Shown here in pieces: positions 20,733 to 29,531 of a DNA stretch of 64,000 nucleotides (positions are counted from its first letter, which is position 1; the number at the start of each line of letters is the position of its first letter). The stretch lies in the IMG/VR virus record IMGVR_UViG_3300024358_000010; one strand, 5' to 3'. A program made the position numbers and the translations under genes. The stretch is from a virus. A model generated the notes under the pieces. That model had not been told where the DNA came from. It did not search any database and worked only from the letters and a program-made list of their open reading frames with translations.

Positions 20733-21473
20733 TTACTTAATGCCGTATTTGGTTGCGATTTCTTGCAGCTCGGATGCGGATCCGATCTCTGCCTTGAGGA
20801 CATCCTCAGTAGGAACTTCCTTACCTGATTTCTTTAGCGTGATGAGTTCGCCGAGAACTTGAGACTTGTTAAGCGGCTCAGCTTCGACTGATCCTTTTGC
20901 TAGGGGCTGAACGTTTTTATACGTCGCGCCGCGAGCAGGAACCGGAGCATCTGCGAGCTTCTTAACAGCTTCGAGAACTTGGCTGATTTGACTTTCAAGA
21001 GGAGCGACGCGAGCCTCGATTGACTTGGCAAGCTTCTTCTCCATCTTTTTCATCTTCTTCTCTTTATCTTCTTTGGCCATTTCGTTGACGCCTTCGGCTT
21101 TTTCAGCTTCTTCTTCGTCTTCTTCGTCGGCCTTGCCCATGTGTTTATCGTGTTCTGCTTTGCACATCTCACGCTTTTTCATGGCTTCTTTGTAAGCTTT
21201 TTCAGCTTTCTCGCACTCTTCCTCTGCCTTTTTATAAGCGTGTTCTGCTTTTTTGGCTTCGTCTTCGTGCTCTTCTTCTTCGTCTTCTTTATCTTCTTCT
21301 TTCTCATCTTCTTCGTCGGCTTTGCTGACCGCGTGAGTTTCAGTGGATCCGTCTGCGCCGTGATCCAGTTCAATCTCTTCCGCGGAAAAGCGATCGCTCT
21401 TCTTCAGAGCTTCGATCTCAGCAAGCGTCTCGTCGATAAGATCGGTAAGACTTTTAGCGAGATTCTTTTCCAT
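20733..21473 (-). CDS. Putative capsid scaffolding protein
   Basis: Highly charged coiled-coil directly upstream of the capsid gene, with many xK(A/S) sites. Confidence 0.65.
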   Translation of the reverse strand: MEKNLAKSLTDLIDETLAEIEALKKSDRFSAEEIELDHGADGSTETHAVSKADEEDEKEEDKEDEEEEHEDEAKKAEHAYKKAEEECEKAEKAYKEAMKKREMCKAEHDKHMGKADEEDEEEAEKAEGVNEMAKEDKEKKMKKMEKKLAKSIEARVAPLESQISQVLEAVKKLADAPVPARGATYKNVQPLAKGSVEAEPLNKSQVLGELITLKKSGKEVPTEDVLKAEIGSASELQEIATKYGIK

Positions 21474-21492
21474 GGTAGTTGCCTCCTAAGCC

Positions 21493-21876
21493 TTATTGGC
21501 CCATCATCTTAAGGTCAGGGTGGCCAGCAAGACGAGCAAGTTCAGTAGCAGTGTCGCCAGCTTCGACAACGACGTCGTTAGCAAAACGGGCGCAGCAAGC
21601 TAGAACTGCTAGGTCGGAAGCATTCACAAAAATGGCGGCGATAGAGTTTTCACCAGCAGCGCCTTTAACCTTAAGCGTGCCGGGGTTGCCGATGCCGATG
21701 CCGAGGAAAGGCGAAGTGTCGCCGTTCACACCGCCCATCGGGCTTTGGATGGAAGCGTCAACATAGCTGATGGTCAAACCAGCTGCGGTGACTGAGGTTG
21801 CGTTTCGAGTAGCCGCAACGCCAACTGCGTCGAGGTTTCTCTTAATCTTGTCGAGGACTTGCACTGGATTGCTCAT
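21493..21876 (-). CDS. Putative head structural protein
   Basis: Ala/Gly-rich 127 aa, capsid-like codon bias, AGGAG RBS. Confidence 0.55.
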   Translation of the reverse strand: MSNPVQVLDKIKRNLDAVGVAATRNATSVTAAGLTISYVDASIQSPMGGVNGDTSPFLGIGIGNPGTLKVKGAAGENSIAAIFVNASDLAVLACCARFANDVVVEAGDTATELARLAGHPDLKMMGQ

Positions 21877-21988
21877 CTCACTTTTCTCCTTAAAATCGAA
21901 TGCACTAACATTCGTAGTTCAATATATCATGCTGCTATAGTTAAGCAGCAAATAACTCAAAAGTTATACTGTAAAAGTCATATTAAAA

Positions 21989-23626
21989 CTATTTTGCTTT
22001 TTCTTTATTAATCTTTTTTAACTCCCTAAGACGATTAAATGCTTTTTGCGCAACCTCATCGTCTGAGTGACTTAAAAGTCGTTCAATCACAGACTGATTT
22101 CCGTGCTGAAGAAAAGAATCTATGACTTGATTTCTGACCGCCGGATCTGGATGGTTGACCAGTTGATCAAGTGGATCGCCTGGTTGTTCTGCTTCTTTTG
22201 CCGCTTTAACACTCGGTATTTCACTTCTTAATTTCTTAGTTTCTTCAGAAATTTGTTTCTTTTGTTTTTGCGGAGCAGCTGGCGCGGCAGCAGTGCGTTG
22301 ACTCGCTAAAGCTTGCTCGCGACTAAACTCCTTAAGAGGCGCCTTAGGCGTGACATTAGCAGAGGTTGGATCTCTCTCTTTTTGATATTCTTTAATATTT
22401 TCGCGAAGTTCTTTTTGTTCCCGTCTTACTGCTTCGGGATCAGATTCATCTATGGTCGACGTGCGCGATCTTTCTGGTCTTAGTTTTTCAATCTCTTCAA
22501 TTTCTTTAGATGGTTTATCGTAAGCATTCATCTGCTGTCTAAATTCTGGACTCTTCAAATGCTCAGCAATAGCGGTTTTGACTTCGTTTTCTAGATCTTG
22601 TCTTTCGTGCATCTTGACTTTAAAATAAGGCTCTCCACCTGAAGCACCTTTGTGATGCACTTCTATTTCACCCACTGGTTTTCCATCGTAGTGCACGAAG
22701 TGTCTACTTTTAGAAGGGCGCTCGGAGGACTTACCATAAGCTTCCATAATCGGTTTGCCAGCCAGTTGGAAGGAAAGACCTTGCTCTGATGACTCTCCGG
22801 AATAGCTGCGAACATAATCTTTTATTTGCGATTTTTCAGCTTGCTTCGCAGCGACTTGCATCGGTGACATTTCGCCCTGAGAAACATAACGCTTAAGTTT
22901 TTTCTTATCTTTAGGCGTGAGTTCGATCTCGTTGCTTGGTGATCCGCCAATTCGGCGTCTTATATCGGCGAATGGATTAGCTTGCTCAGGGGTCAAACTT
23001 TCGAGGTAGTTAGCACGTTCAACTATTGCGTTTTCTAATCTTTTAGTATCGTTGGTAGTGTGGTCTGAACTGCCAGAACTAAGACTTTTAATGTGCGCCT
23101 GATGCATATCGCGCAAAGCCTGTATTTGAGGATCGTAAGAATGATTCTCCATGGCTGCTGCGGCTTGTTTTGATATCTCGCCGTGCTTTCCCTTTAAATC
23201 CTTTATACGACTATGCATTTTTGATTCTACAGTATCAAACACTTCTTCAGGAATGGCGCCGGGATTGTCCTTGATTCTGTTGTTTGCTTCCTGGTGGAAA
23301 TTGTGCAGATCTTTTAGCTCTGCGTCGTCCGCGTAGTGATTCTGTATCAGGTTTGCCAAATCTTCGGGCAAGGGACGCTGAGCTTTTGGTTGTCTTAGGG
23401 AACTGTATTCTGCTGGTTGTTCTTTCGAAGGGGCGCGGGCGGGCTGTGCTTGAGCTGGAGTGAAAATTCTTGGCTGTGCAGCTTCTTGCGGTGTCGCGCT
23501 CTCAGTTTGCGTGCTCATCTGCCTGAGACGTTGGCCCATGGTTTGAGCCTTAACAAGCAGTTGAAATTCTTGGAGTTGTTTCTCCAAAGCGTTTATTTCT
23601 TGAAGTGCTTTTAGGTTCGAATCCAT
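21989..23626 (-). CDS. Modular internal-head-like protein, 545 aa, with C-terminal HEAT-like pair
   Basis: N-terminal helix ending LLVKA; LVNHPDPAVR and LLSHSDDEVA at the C-terminus. Confidence 0.55.
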   Translation of the reverse strand: MDSNLKALQEINALEKQLQEFQLLVKAQTMGQRLRQMSTQTESATPQEAAQPRIFTPAQAQPARAPSKEQPAEYSSLRQPKAQRPLPEDLANLIQNHYADDAELKDLHNFHQEANNRIKDNPGAIPEEVFDTVESKMHSRIKDLKGKHGEISKQAAAAMENHSYDPQIQALRDMHQAHIKSLSSGSSDHTTNDTKRLENAIVERANYLESLTPEQANPFADIRRRIGGSPSNEIELTPKDKKKLKRYVSQGEMSPMQVAAKQAEKSQIKDYVRSYSGESSEQGLSFQLAGKPIMEAYGKSSERPSKSRHFVHYDGKPVGEIEVHHKGASGGEPYFKVKMHERQDLENEVKTAIAEHLKSPEFRQQMNAYDKPSKEIEEIEKLRPERSRTSTIDESDPEAVRREQKELRENIKEYQKERDPTSANVTPKAPLKEFSREQALASQRTAAAPAAPQKQKKQISEETKKLRSEIPSVKAAKEAEQPGDPLDQLVNHPDPAVRNQVIDSFLQHGNQSVIERLLSHSDDEVAQKAFNRLRELKKINKEKAK

Positions 23627-23664
23627 ACCCTACCGCCCAGTGTTACCAGTATATAATACCAAGA

Positions 23665-24561
23665 TCACTTAGATAAGAAGAACTTAGTCAACGTGTCAAA
23701 TGGAAAGCTCTTGTTGCATGATCGGCACTTTGTCTGGTGCGCCATGTAGACCTGCTCCTTGCCGCAGTTGGGGCAATCTATATATCTGAATGATCGACCT
23801 TGGTCTAAAGATTCAGTCTGAAGCACAGATCCACCGGCTCTAAGATTTGGCGTCTCTGCCCCACCGTAGCCGGCAGTGAGGGCTTTATCTAACGACTCGG
23901 GCGAATTATTGTTTTTTTTTAAAGCGCTGACGGTCTCGTGTATCTTCTCGACGTTCTCGCGGATCTTGGCGATCGAGGTTCTTTGAGAAAGATCGATCAA
24001 GGCCGGAACATTGATCACAGCGTGCGGCGCGTAGGATTTGATGAGGTCGATCTCTTCGGCGGTTGGTGCAGACTTGGCGAGATCAAGGCCTTCGACCAAA
24101 GTATTTGAATTTGCTGGCGTAAATGTGAGCGCTAGCCCCCTAATCTTGGTTCTTGCTAGAACTCTTGGATCTTTCTTTCCTCTTTCTAAGATGCCGCCTT
24201 CTACTGAGCATTTTAGTTTGAGAGGAGAGTCGGTGCGGAATTGGTGCTTCAGGATCGCGGCTGCAGCCTTAGCGGAGCGATGATCTTCGTCGTCATAAAG
24301 CGTACCGGCAACATAAATATAGGGCGATTTAACTTTGTTCCAATAATATCGATGCCTATCATTCTCGCAGTCTTCTGGGCCGAAAATCTTCTTTGCTTCA
24401 GTTATTCGACCAACGACATCTGGCAGTTTGTTGCTATGGTTGTCGTTGACGATTCCGCGACCCGCCAATAGGTCAGAAATATCAGCACCTTGGATGTCTA
24501 ATATCTCTGACTGCGTATCCCGAAGCGCGTTCGTCGCACAGGAATCAAATTTTGTGGCCAT
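23665..24561 (-). CDS. Prohead (capsid maturation) protease with C-terminal zinc ribbon
   Basis: DTQSEILD, NDNHS, CSVEGG, LALTFTPAN motifs; CPNC...CRSC at the C-terminus. Confidence 0.75.
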   Translation of the reverse strand: MATKFDSCATNALRDTQSEILDIQGADISDLLAGRGIVNDNHSNKLPDVVGRITEAKKIFGPEDCENDRHRYYWNKVKSPYIYVAGTLYDDEDHRSAKAAAAILKHQFRTDSPLKLKCSVEGGILERGKKDPRVLARTKIRGLALTFTPANSNTLVEGLDLAKSAPTAEEIDLIKSYAPHAVINVPALIDLSQRTSIAKIRENVEKIHETVSALKKNNNSPESLDKALTAGYGGAETPNLRAGGSVLQTESLDQGRSFRYIDCPNCGKEQVYMAHQTKCRSCNKSFPFDTLTKFFLSK

Positions 24562-24585
24562 AGTAAAATCCTTAATTCATTACTC

Positions 24586-25503
24586 TTATGATTCTACTGC
24601 GTAAGAAAACCTAAATCCTTTATACGGTTTTCCATTCTTAGCATAATATGAAATTACCCCAGGTTTAACGTTCAACCATTTAGCGGCGGCATGAACTGAC
24701 TCAAATCGCATATTGTTATTTAAGCAAACAACAGATTTACGATTTACGGGCGTTAAGTTTATTTTATTTTTATGATTTGGGTTTTGCCACATTTGTTTTG
24801 ACTTTTGAGATAAAAGCAATCTAGTCGATTCTGTTGCCTTTTTACCTGTTGCCGCTTTTCTTAATTTCTCAATGGTTTCTGGTCTGCATTTTAGACCCAG
24901 CGATCCTCGACCACCGCCTGTCGCTATGTTGACAATTGGAATATTTAAAAAACGCATCAGACAGATGGTTGCTATTTCTGCTTGCTCTAGTTCCTGCCTA
25001 GAGTTGAAACATTTTATTATTTTAACGAACCAGCCGCCCGCCTCGTTTACTGTTTTGTGCCAGTTGGTGTTTCTGCCTTTATTTACTAAATACCTCCTAA
25101 ATTGAGGACCGTGTTCTGAAGAGATGCCGACGTAGAAAAGTTTACCATTATCCACGCGATAATGTGCATAAAGATAATGCGTAAGTTTTTTAGATTCAAT
25201 TATTGATATTGCAGTACGATCTCGTAAAGTCTTGGCAATTCTAAAATCTTCCCATCTCTTCGCGTTATAAGCAATAGTTTTTGCTCGACTTTCCGGCGAA
25301 GATCTGGTTTGTTTTATGGCTTTTTGATGCTTTTCTATGTATTCTGGCGAATACCTTACGCAATCCAGACAAAGTTTATAAACTTTATTTTTAGGTTGAT
25401 AGCCTCTATCAAGGCCGCACTTATCGCAAGAACATTTGAATTTCTTTATTACTTGACCAGATCTTTTTGTGTGCTTTATGAAGTCGTTAAAATCAACAGC
25501 CAT
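24586..25503 (-). CDS. Free-standing GIY-YIG-like homing endonuclease with NUMOD3/NUMOD1 DNA-binding modules
   Basis: YLYAHY...FYVGIS...EQAEI...IVNIATGG; PETIEKLRKA; FESVHAAAKWL; AT-rich. Confidence 0.75.
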   Translation of the reverse strand: MAVDFNDFIKHTKRSGQVIKKFKCSCDKCGLDRGYQPKNKVYKLCLDCVRYSPEYIEKHQKAIKQTRSSPESRAKTIAYNAKRWEDFRIAKTLRDRTAISIIESKKLTHYLYAHYRVDNGKLFYVGISSEHGPQFRRYLVNKGRNTNWHKTVNEAGGWFVKIIKCFNSRQELEQAEIATICLMRFLNIPIVNIATGGGRGSLGLKCRPETIEKLRKAATGKKATESTRLLLSQKSKQMWQNPNHKNKINLTPVNRKSVVCLNNNMRFESVHAAAKWLNVKPGVISYYAKNGKPYKGFRFSYAVES

Positions 25504-25577
25504 CTCACCCTCCAAATAGCTAAACAGCCAGATTTATTATACAAAATCCGACAGTTAACCGTTGTAGAGCGACACTG

Positions 25578-25994
25578 CTAGTCGCAATAGACCGTCTCAT
25601 CATCTAGCGAAAATGAGGACTCGACGACGGGTTCGTCTTTGTGCGACTCGCGTATTTCCTTGATGGCTTGGCAGGCTTGCAACTTATTGATGGCACGTTC
25701 AGCGGTCTTCTTGACGGTGTCAGTGGAGACGTGCAGCATGGCTGCGATGTCGACATCTGACGATGGGGTTTCCGGCATGTGGTTGGCCTCGTACGAGAAC
25801 CAGCAATATCCCGAAAGTTGATCATCTATAGCCCACGGACAACCTGGCAGAACTGCCTCTTCAGCCTCAGTGAGTTCTTTCTTAGAGGCTCGCAAGGTTT
25901 TAAGTCTGAGCACCGCCAGTGGACACCACTCGTTTGTTGGTTTGTCCAGCTTCCTGGGGCATCTAGATTTGAATCTTTCCTTTAGATCGCTCAT
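25578..25994 (-). CDS. Cys-containing protein with a sigma70 region-4-like HTH
   Basis: SDVDIAAMLHVSTDTVKKTAERAINKL. Start moved to ATG 25994 because the longer ORF start overlaps a terminator. Confidence 0.55.
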   Translation of the reverse strand: MSDLKERFKSRCPRKLDKPTNEWCPLAVLRLKTLRASKKELTEAEEAVLPGCPWAIDDQLSGYCWFSYEANHMPETPSSDVDIAAMLHVSTDTVKKTAERAINKLQACQAIKEIRESHKDEPVVESSFSLDDETVYCD

Positions 25995-26044
25995 CTTTGA
26001 CTCGCAGCTGTTTGCTCTAGACGTTATACTCCGCAAGTCAATAT

Positions 26045-26074
26045 AAAAAACCAACCCCGATGTTGGGGGTTGGT
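26045..26074 (-). terminator. Rho-independent terminator
   Basis: accaacccc...ggggttggt followed by a T-tract. Confidence 0.75.
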
Positions 26075-26095
26075 CTCAACTAGGTTTCGCTAGTG

Positions 26096-26653
26096 TTATG
26101 CCTTTGGCGTGGTTCTTACGCCAAGAAGTTCTACTACGTGTCGCGAGCCGTTGATGGTGGTTTCTACAGTCGCCCCCACAGATTTGCTTAGGAGACCGGA
26201 AACAATATCTTGGTTCGCGATGTCTTTAAGCAAAGACTTAGACCGGAAGATCCCCTTATCTTCTGCTTCATCTGGCGTCGTAGAAGCGATGATAACGATG
26301 TCTTCGTCTGAAGACACGGTGTCTGCAGGAACGAGACCTCGGGTTTGATCATCTTTGTCAGATGACTCTTGCCAGTCTGCTAGTTTGAGCTTGTCTGCTA
26401 GGGTTGCGATCTGCTCTCTAGAGACGCCAGGCACAGAGTCCAGGAGGGCACTTGTTTTGTATTGGGTGTCGTTGAGGGCAGCATAGAAGCGCGTCAGATC
26501 TTCCTGCATGGGGCGAATCTGCTCCATGAACTGCTTAAGCAGTGCTTGAGAAACTCTCACCGCCATTGTTAAGTTTGCAACTTCGCGCTCAAGTTCTGCG
26601 ACGCGGTTGACGGTGGGTTTGCTGCGCTTCTTTTGCGAATCTACGATTTTCAT
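26096..26653 (-). CDS. Coiled-coil protein with a GreA-C/FKBP-like C-terminal domain
   Basis: N-terminal heptads; IVSGLLSKSVGATVETTINGSRHVVELLGVR. Confidence 0.45.
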   Translation of the reverse strand: MKIVDSQKKRSKPTVNRVAELEREVANLTMAVRVSQALLKQFMEQIRPMQEDLTRFYAALNDTQYKTSALLDSVPGVSREQIATLADKLKLADWQESSDKDDQTRGLVPADTVSSDEDIVIIASTTPDEAEDKGIFRSKSLLKDIANQDIVSGLLSKSVGATVETTINGSRHVVELLGVRTTPKA

Positions 26654-26668
26654 GCGTTACTCCGTATT

Positions 26669-27502
26669 TTACGCTCGTTTATCTTTTACACGATTTGCGA
26701 GAGCTTTAAGTAGCGTGATCTCTTCGCTTGTGAATGGGAGGGAGACTTGGGGCTTATCTGTCCCTAGAAGTTTTGCCAATTCTTGGTTGAGAAATTCCCG
26801 AACGCGGATCTCAATCGAGTCGTATTCTGACCCTTTTTTCTTCACGATCCTGGAGGAAAGGATATCGTTGATAGCGTTGGCTTGCTGAAGCTTTTGCTGC
26901 TCTGGCGTAAGCTTGGTTGGCGTATCCATCTTGACGACATTTGTGGTTTCGCTGGTTGAAACTGACGCAGCGAAAACTTTAGATTCTAATTTTGGTTCTG
27001 GGCTCATCTCTTTGACCTCTGGTTCTTGAGGGACAAAATCGTGTTTGGTCTTTATACTGAAACCATAACGATCCGCCATTGCGGCATAAAGTTGATATGC
27101 AGATTTAAACTGCGACAAAGATAGAGGCTCTTTGTTGTCTAAACATCTCTGCCAGTGTGCCTCAACATTAGTGTCAACCATTAGAATACGAGTGGTACTA
27201 TTCTGGTCTTCAATGTCGCGCAGAACATCGATATCTTCGTCGCTAAGGAGCGGATTTCGACTATAGATAAACGGCCAAATTGTTTCACCGTACCAAGATC
27301 TATCGAAGACGATATCTTGACCTGATAGACCGACAAGCATCTCCACAAGATCATCTAGGTAGGATGGGCCGGTGTAACCGGTCCGAGAGTATTTCTTATC
27401 AGGTGCAGAGAAGTGGATGGATTTGTATCCCTGAGACTCGTAAAGCTTGGCGAGTGACGACTTAAAGCTTCTATCTACACCCTCGAGTATCACGAATGCC
27501 AT
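26669..27502 (-). CDS. Thymidylate/dNMP kinase-like protein with a C-terminal extension
   Basis: VILEGVDRSFKSS P-loop variant and IVFDRSWYGE. Confidence 0.7.
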   Translation of the reverse strand: MAFVILEGVDRSFKSSLAKLYESQGYKSIHFSAPDKKYSRTGYTGPSYLDDLVEMLVGLSGQDIVFDRSWYGETIWPFIYSRNPLLSDEDIDVLRDIEDQNSTTRILMVDTNVEAHWQRCLDNKEPLSLSQFKSAYQLYAAMADRYGFSIKTKHDFVPQEPEVKEMSPEPKLESKVFAASVSTSETTNVVKMDTPTKLTPEQQKLQQANAINDILSSRIVKKKGSEYDSIEIRVREFLNQELAKLLGTDKPQVSLPFTSEEITLLKALANRVKDKRA

Positions 27503-27552
27503 AACATATCCCCCAATAGAGATATTTATACAAATTGTTTAATTTAATAAAG

Positions 27553-29490
27553 TTATTCTTTTTCGGTATCTGCGGCAACGTTGATTGGGTTTCTTGTCAT
27601 CTTGCCTTCAACGTTTGAGGCGCGAGTCGCGCCAAATTCTTTGGCAGTCTCTTGCAATTGCTGCACGGGCGATTGGCCTGCCTTTACTGCGGCCTCAGCT
27701 GCTGCTTGTTTTCTACCTTCGGTATCGTGATCAACCTGCTGGCGCTGAAGATCTTGCTCGTGTTCCATTTGCTGCTGCTGCATTGCCATCTGTTGTTGCT
27801 GCTGATCTTTTGCTTCTTTCTGAGCCTGTTTAGTCATAAGCATATTTTGCCACTGCAGGAACATTGGATCGCCAGGAAGATATTGGAGTTCTTGTCGTTG
27901 AGTCGCGCCTGCATCGCCTAAGAAGACTTCTCGCTGCTCGCCTTTGGTCATCATCTTGTCGACCAGTCCCCAAAATGCTTGATTAAGCGGCAAATTCGCA
28001 ATCGGATGGTCAATAGGTTTACGATCTTCATTCTTAAGCAGATCGTTCATAGAAGAAAACACGGTCATCTGCGCTTGACGAAGCGAGATATCGGTTTGCG
28101 CCGTGTCGTCTGTGTACCCTACGAACTTAAATTTATATTTAGATGCGAGCTCTTTATCTAAAGCAGGGACTACGTCTTGGTTGATCAGATCTTCAATAAA
28201 GTAAAGAATTGGCAGCAAACCTCTCTCGCGAGAGTACGTGATCTTGAATTGTCCAGATTCTTTAGCTTGAGATGCGGCACGACCGTTGGCGGTTGTAAGA
28301 TAATCTAAACCTACTTCGATGGGGTCGATCTGAAACTGAGCACAGATGGATCGCATGACGTGCGAATTGAAGTTGATGTACTCCATCTCGCGTGCAGACC
28401 CTGACATTGGTATCCACTGGACATCATCCAGCCCTGATACAATCGGTGTGCGCCAAGCGTTATTCGAGCCCGAAATAGTATTGTAGAACTGACGACGGAA
28501 AGACGCCAGAGTGTTTTGAGTAACTGTTCCTTTGAGATGCAGGATCCCTCTAGCCGCATATCCGTGCGTAAAGTAGTTTGCATTGTAGGATTCAACGTTG
28601 AGATGGTTTGTGATCATGATCACGGCTTGCTCGACCATCGAGATCGCGTAGCCGTTGGAGTCGGCAAAGTTCTTTGGGTTGAAGAGTTTGAAGACCATGT
28701 CTTCATCGCCAAACACGTTTACGACGCGCATGTCCATGGTCTGCTGAACGTACTTTAGGTACTCCATGTCAGGAGTATTGATCTGACCGTCACCCCTTGG
28801 GTCATTGTCAGAGCGCTTTTTGTGGTAAAGCTCCAGCGCGACTTTTGCCTGATTCTCAACCGCATCCTTGGAGACGTTTGGGTTGACACGGTAAACAGTC
28901 TCTGCGGGAAGAGGGCGAAAGCGATGGAGAGAACCTTTGCGAGTAAGCACCTTCTCTACGGCGATATGGCCAAAGGTTAGTGCGTCCCAGGTGATCAACT
29001 TTACGAACTCACCGAACAGCATCTCCTCGCCGCGGGGCGTTGCGTCGGTACGACCACAGTGATAAATATAGTCTTCTAGCATCCGGATGTTATCGATATC
29101 TTCTTGGGTAACTGGTTCATTTTGGTTGGCCTTAACAAACCGGTACCCCATGTCATACTTCTTCTCCTGAGGACGAGAGAAGCGCAGAACTGTATCGCAA
29201 CGAATCTGCAAAATTGCATTTACTAGCCAATCTCGCATAGAGATTTCTCTAAGGGTGCGGTTGGCTATTCTAGAGATTTTTGATTTAGAAAGAAAGTAAT
29301 TATGAGCAGCGTGATCGTAATACGGATCGGTAAGTATAGCTTTGCTGCCAACGAGCTGACCCTGATCTTGAGCTTCATTTTTAGGCTGAGAAGAGTCGGA
29401 TAGACGGTCGGCTTCAGACTTAGTTAAGTCCTCGATATCTTTACGAAGAGAATCAGTAACTGCTTTTTTAATATCTTCAATCCAAGACAT
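27553..29490 (-). CDS. Portal protein
   Basis: FRPLPAETV, YNANYFTHG...GILHL, AWRTPIV, ICAQFQIDPIEVG, GLLPILYFIEDLIN; follows TerL. Confidence 0.85.
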   Translation of the reverse strand: MSWIEDIKKAVTDSLRKDIEDLTKSEADRLSDSSQPKNEAQDQGQLVGSKAILTDPYYDHAAHNYFLSKSKISRIANRTLREISMRDWLVNAILQIRCDTVLRFSRPQEKKYDMGYRFVKANQNEPVTQEDIDNIRMLEDYIYHCGRTDATPRGEEMLFGEFVKLITWDALTFGHIAVEKVLTRKGSLHRFRPLPAETVYRVNPNVSKDAVENQAKVALELYHKKRSDNDPRGDGQINTPDMEYLKYVQQTMDMRVVNVFGDEDMVFKLFNPKNFADSNGYAISMVEQAVIMITNHLNVESYNANYFTHGYAARGILHLKGTVTQNTLASFRRQFYNTISGSNNAWRTPIVSGLDDVQWIPMSGSAREMEYINFNSHVMRSICAQFQIDPIEVGLDYLTTANGRAASQAKESGQFKITYSRERGLLPILYFIEDLINQDVVPALDKELASKYKFKFVGYTDDTAQTDISLRQAQMTVFSSMNDLLKNEDRKPIDHPIANLPLNQAFWGLVDKMMTKGEQREVFLGDAGATQRQELQYLPGDPMFLQWQNMLMTKQAQKEAKDQQQQQMAMQQQQMEHEQDLQRQQVDHDTEGRKQAAAEAAVKAGQSPVQQLQETAKEFGATRASNVEGKMTRNPINVAADTEKE

Positions 29491-29531
29491 CTTGGTCTCC
29501 AAGCTGACGGTAAGACAACCATATTATACGA

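Noticed and set aside
19389-20828. 479-aa plus-strand ORF antisense to the capsid gene
   Set aside because: Shadow ORF produced by strong codon bias of the capsid gene; no RBS or recognisable motifs.
27460-27502. Kinase P-loop GVDRSFKS read as an inactivating mutation
   Set aside because: The catalytic Lys-Ser and the DR motif are retained, and aromatic variants at this position are plausible; not enough evidence for loss of function.
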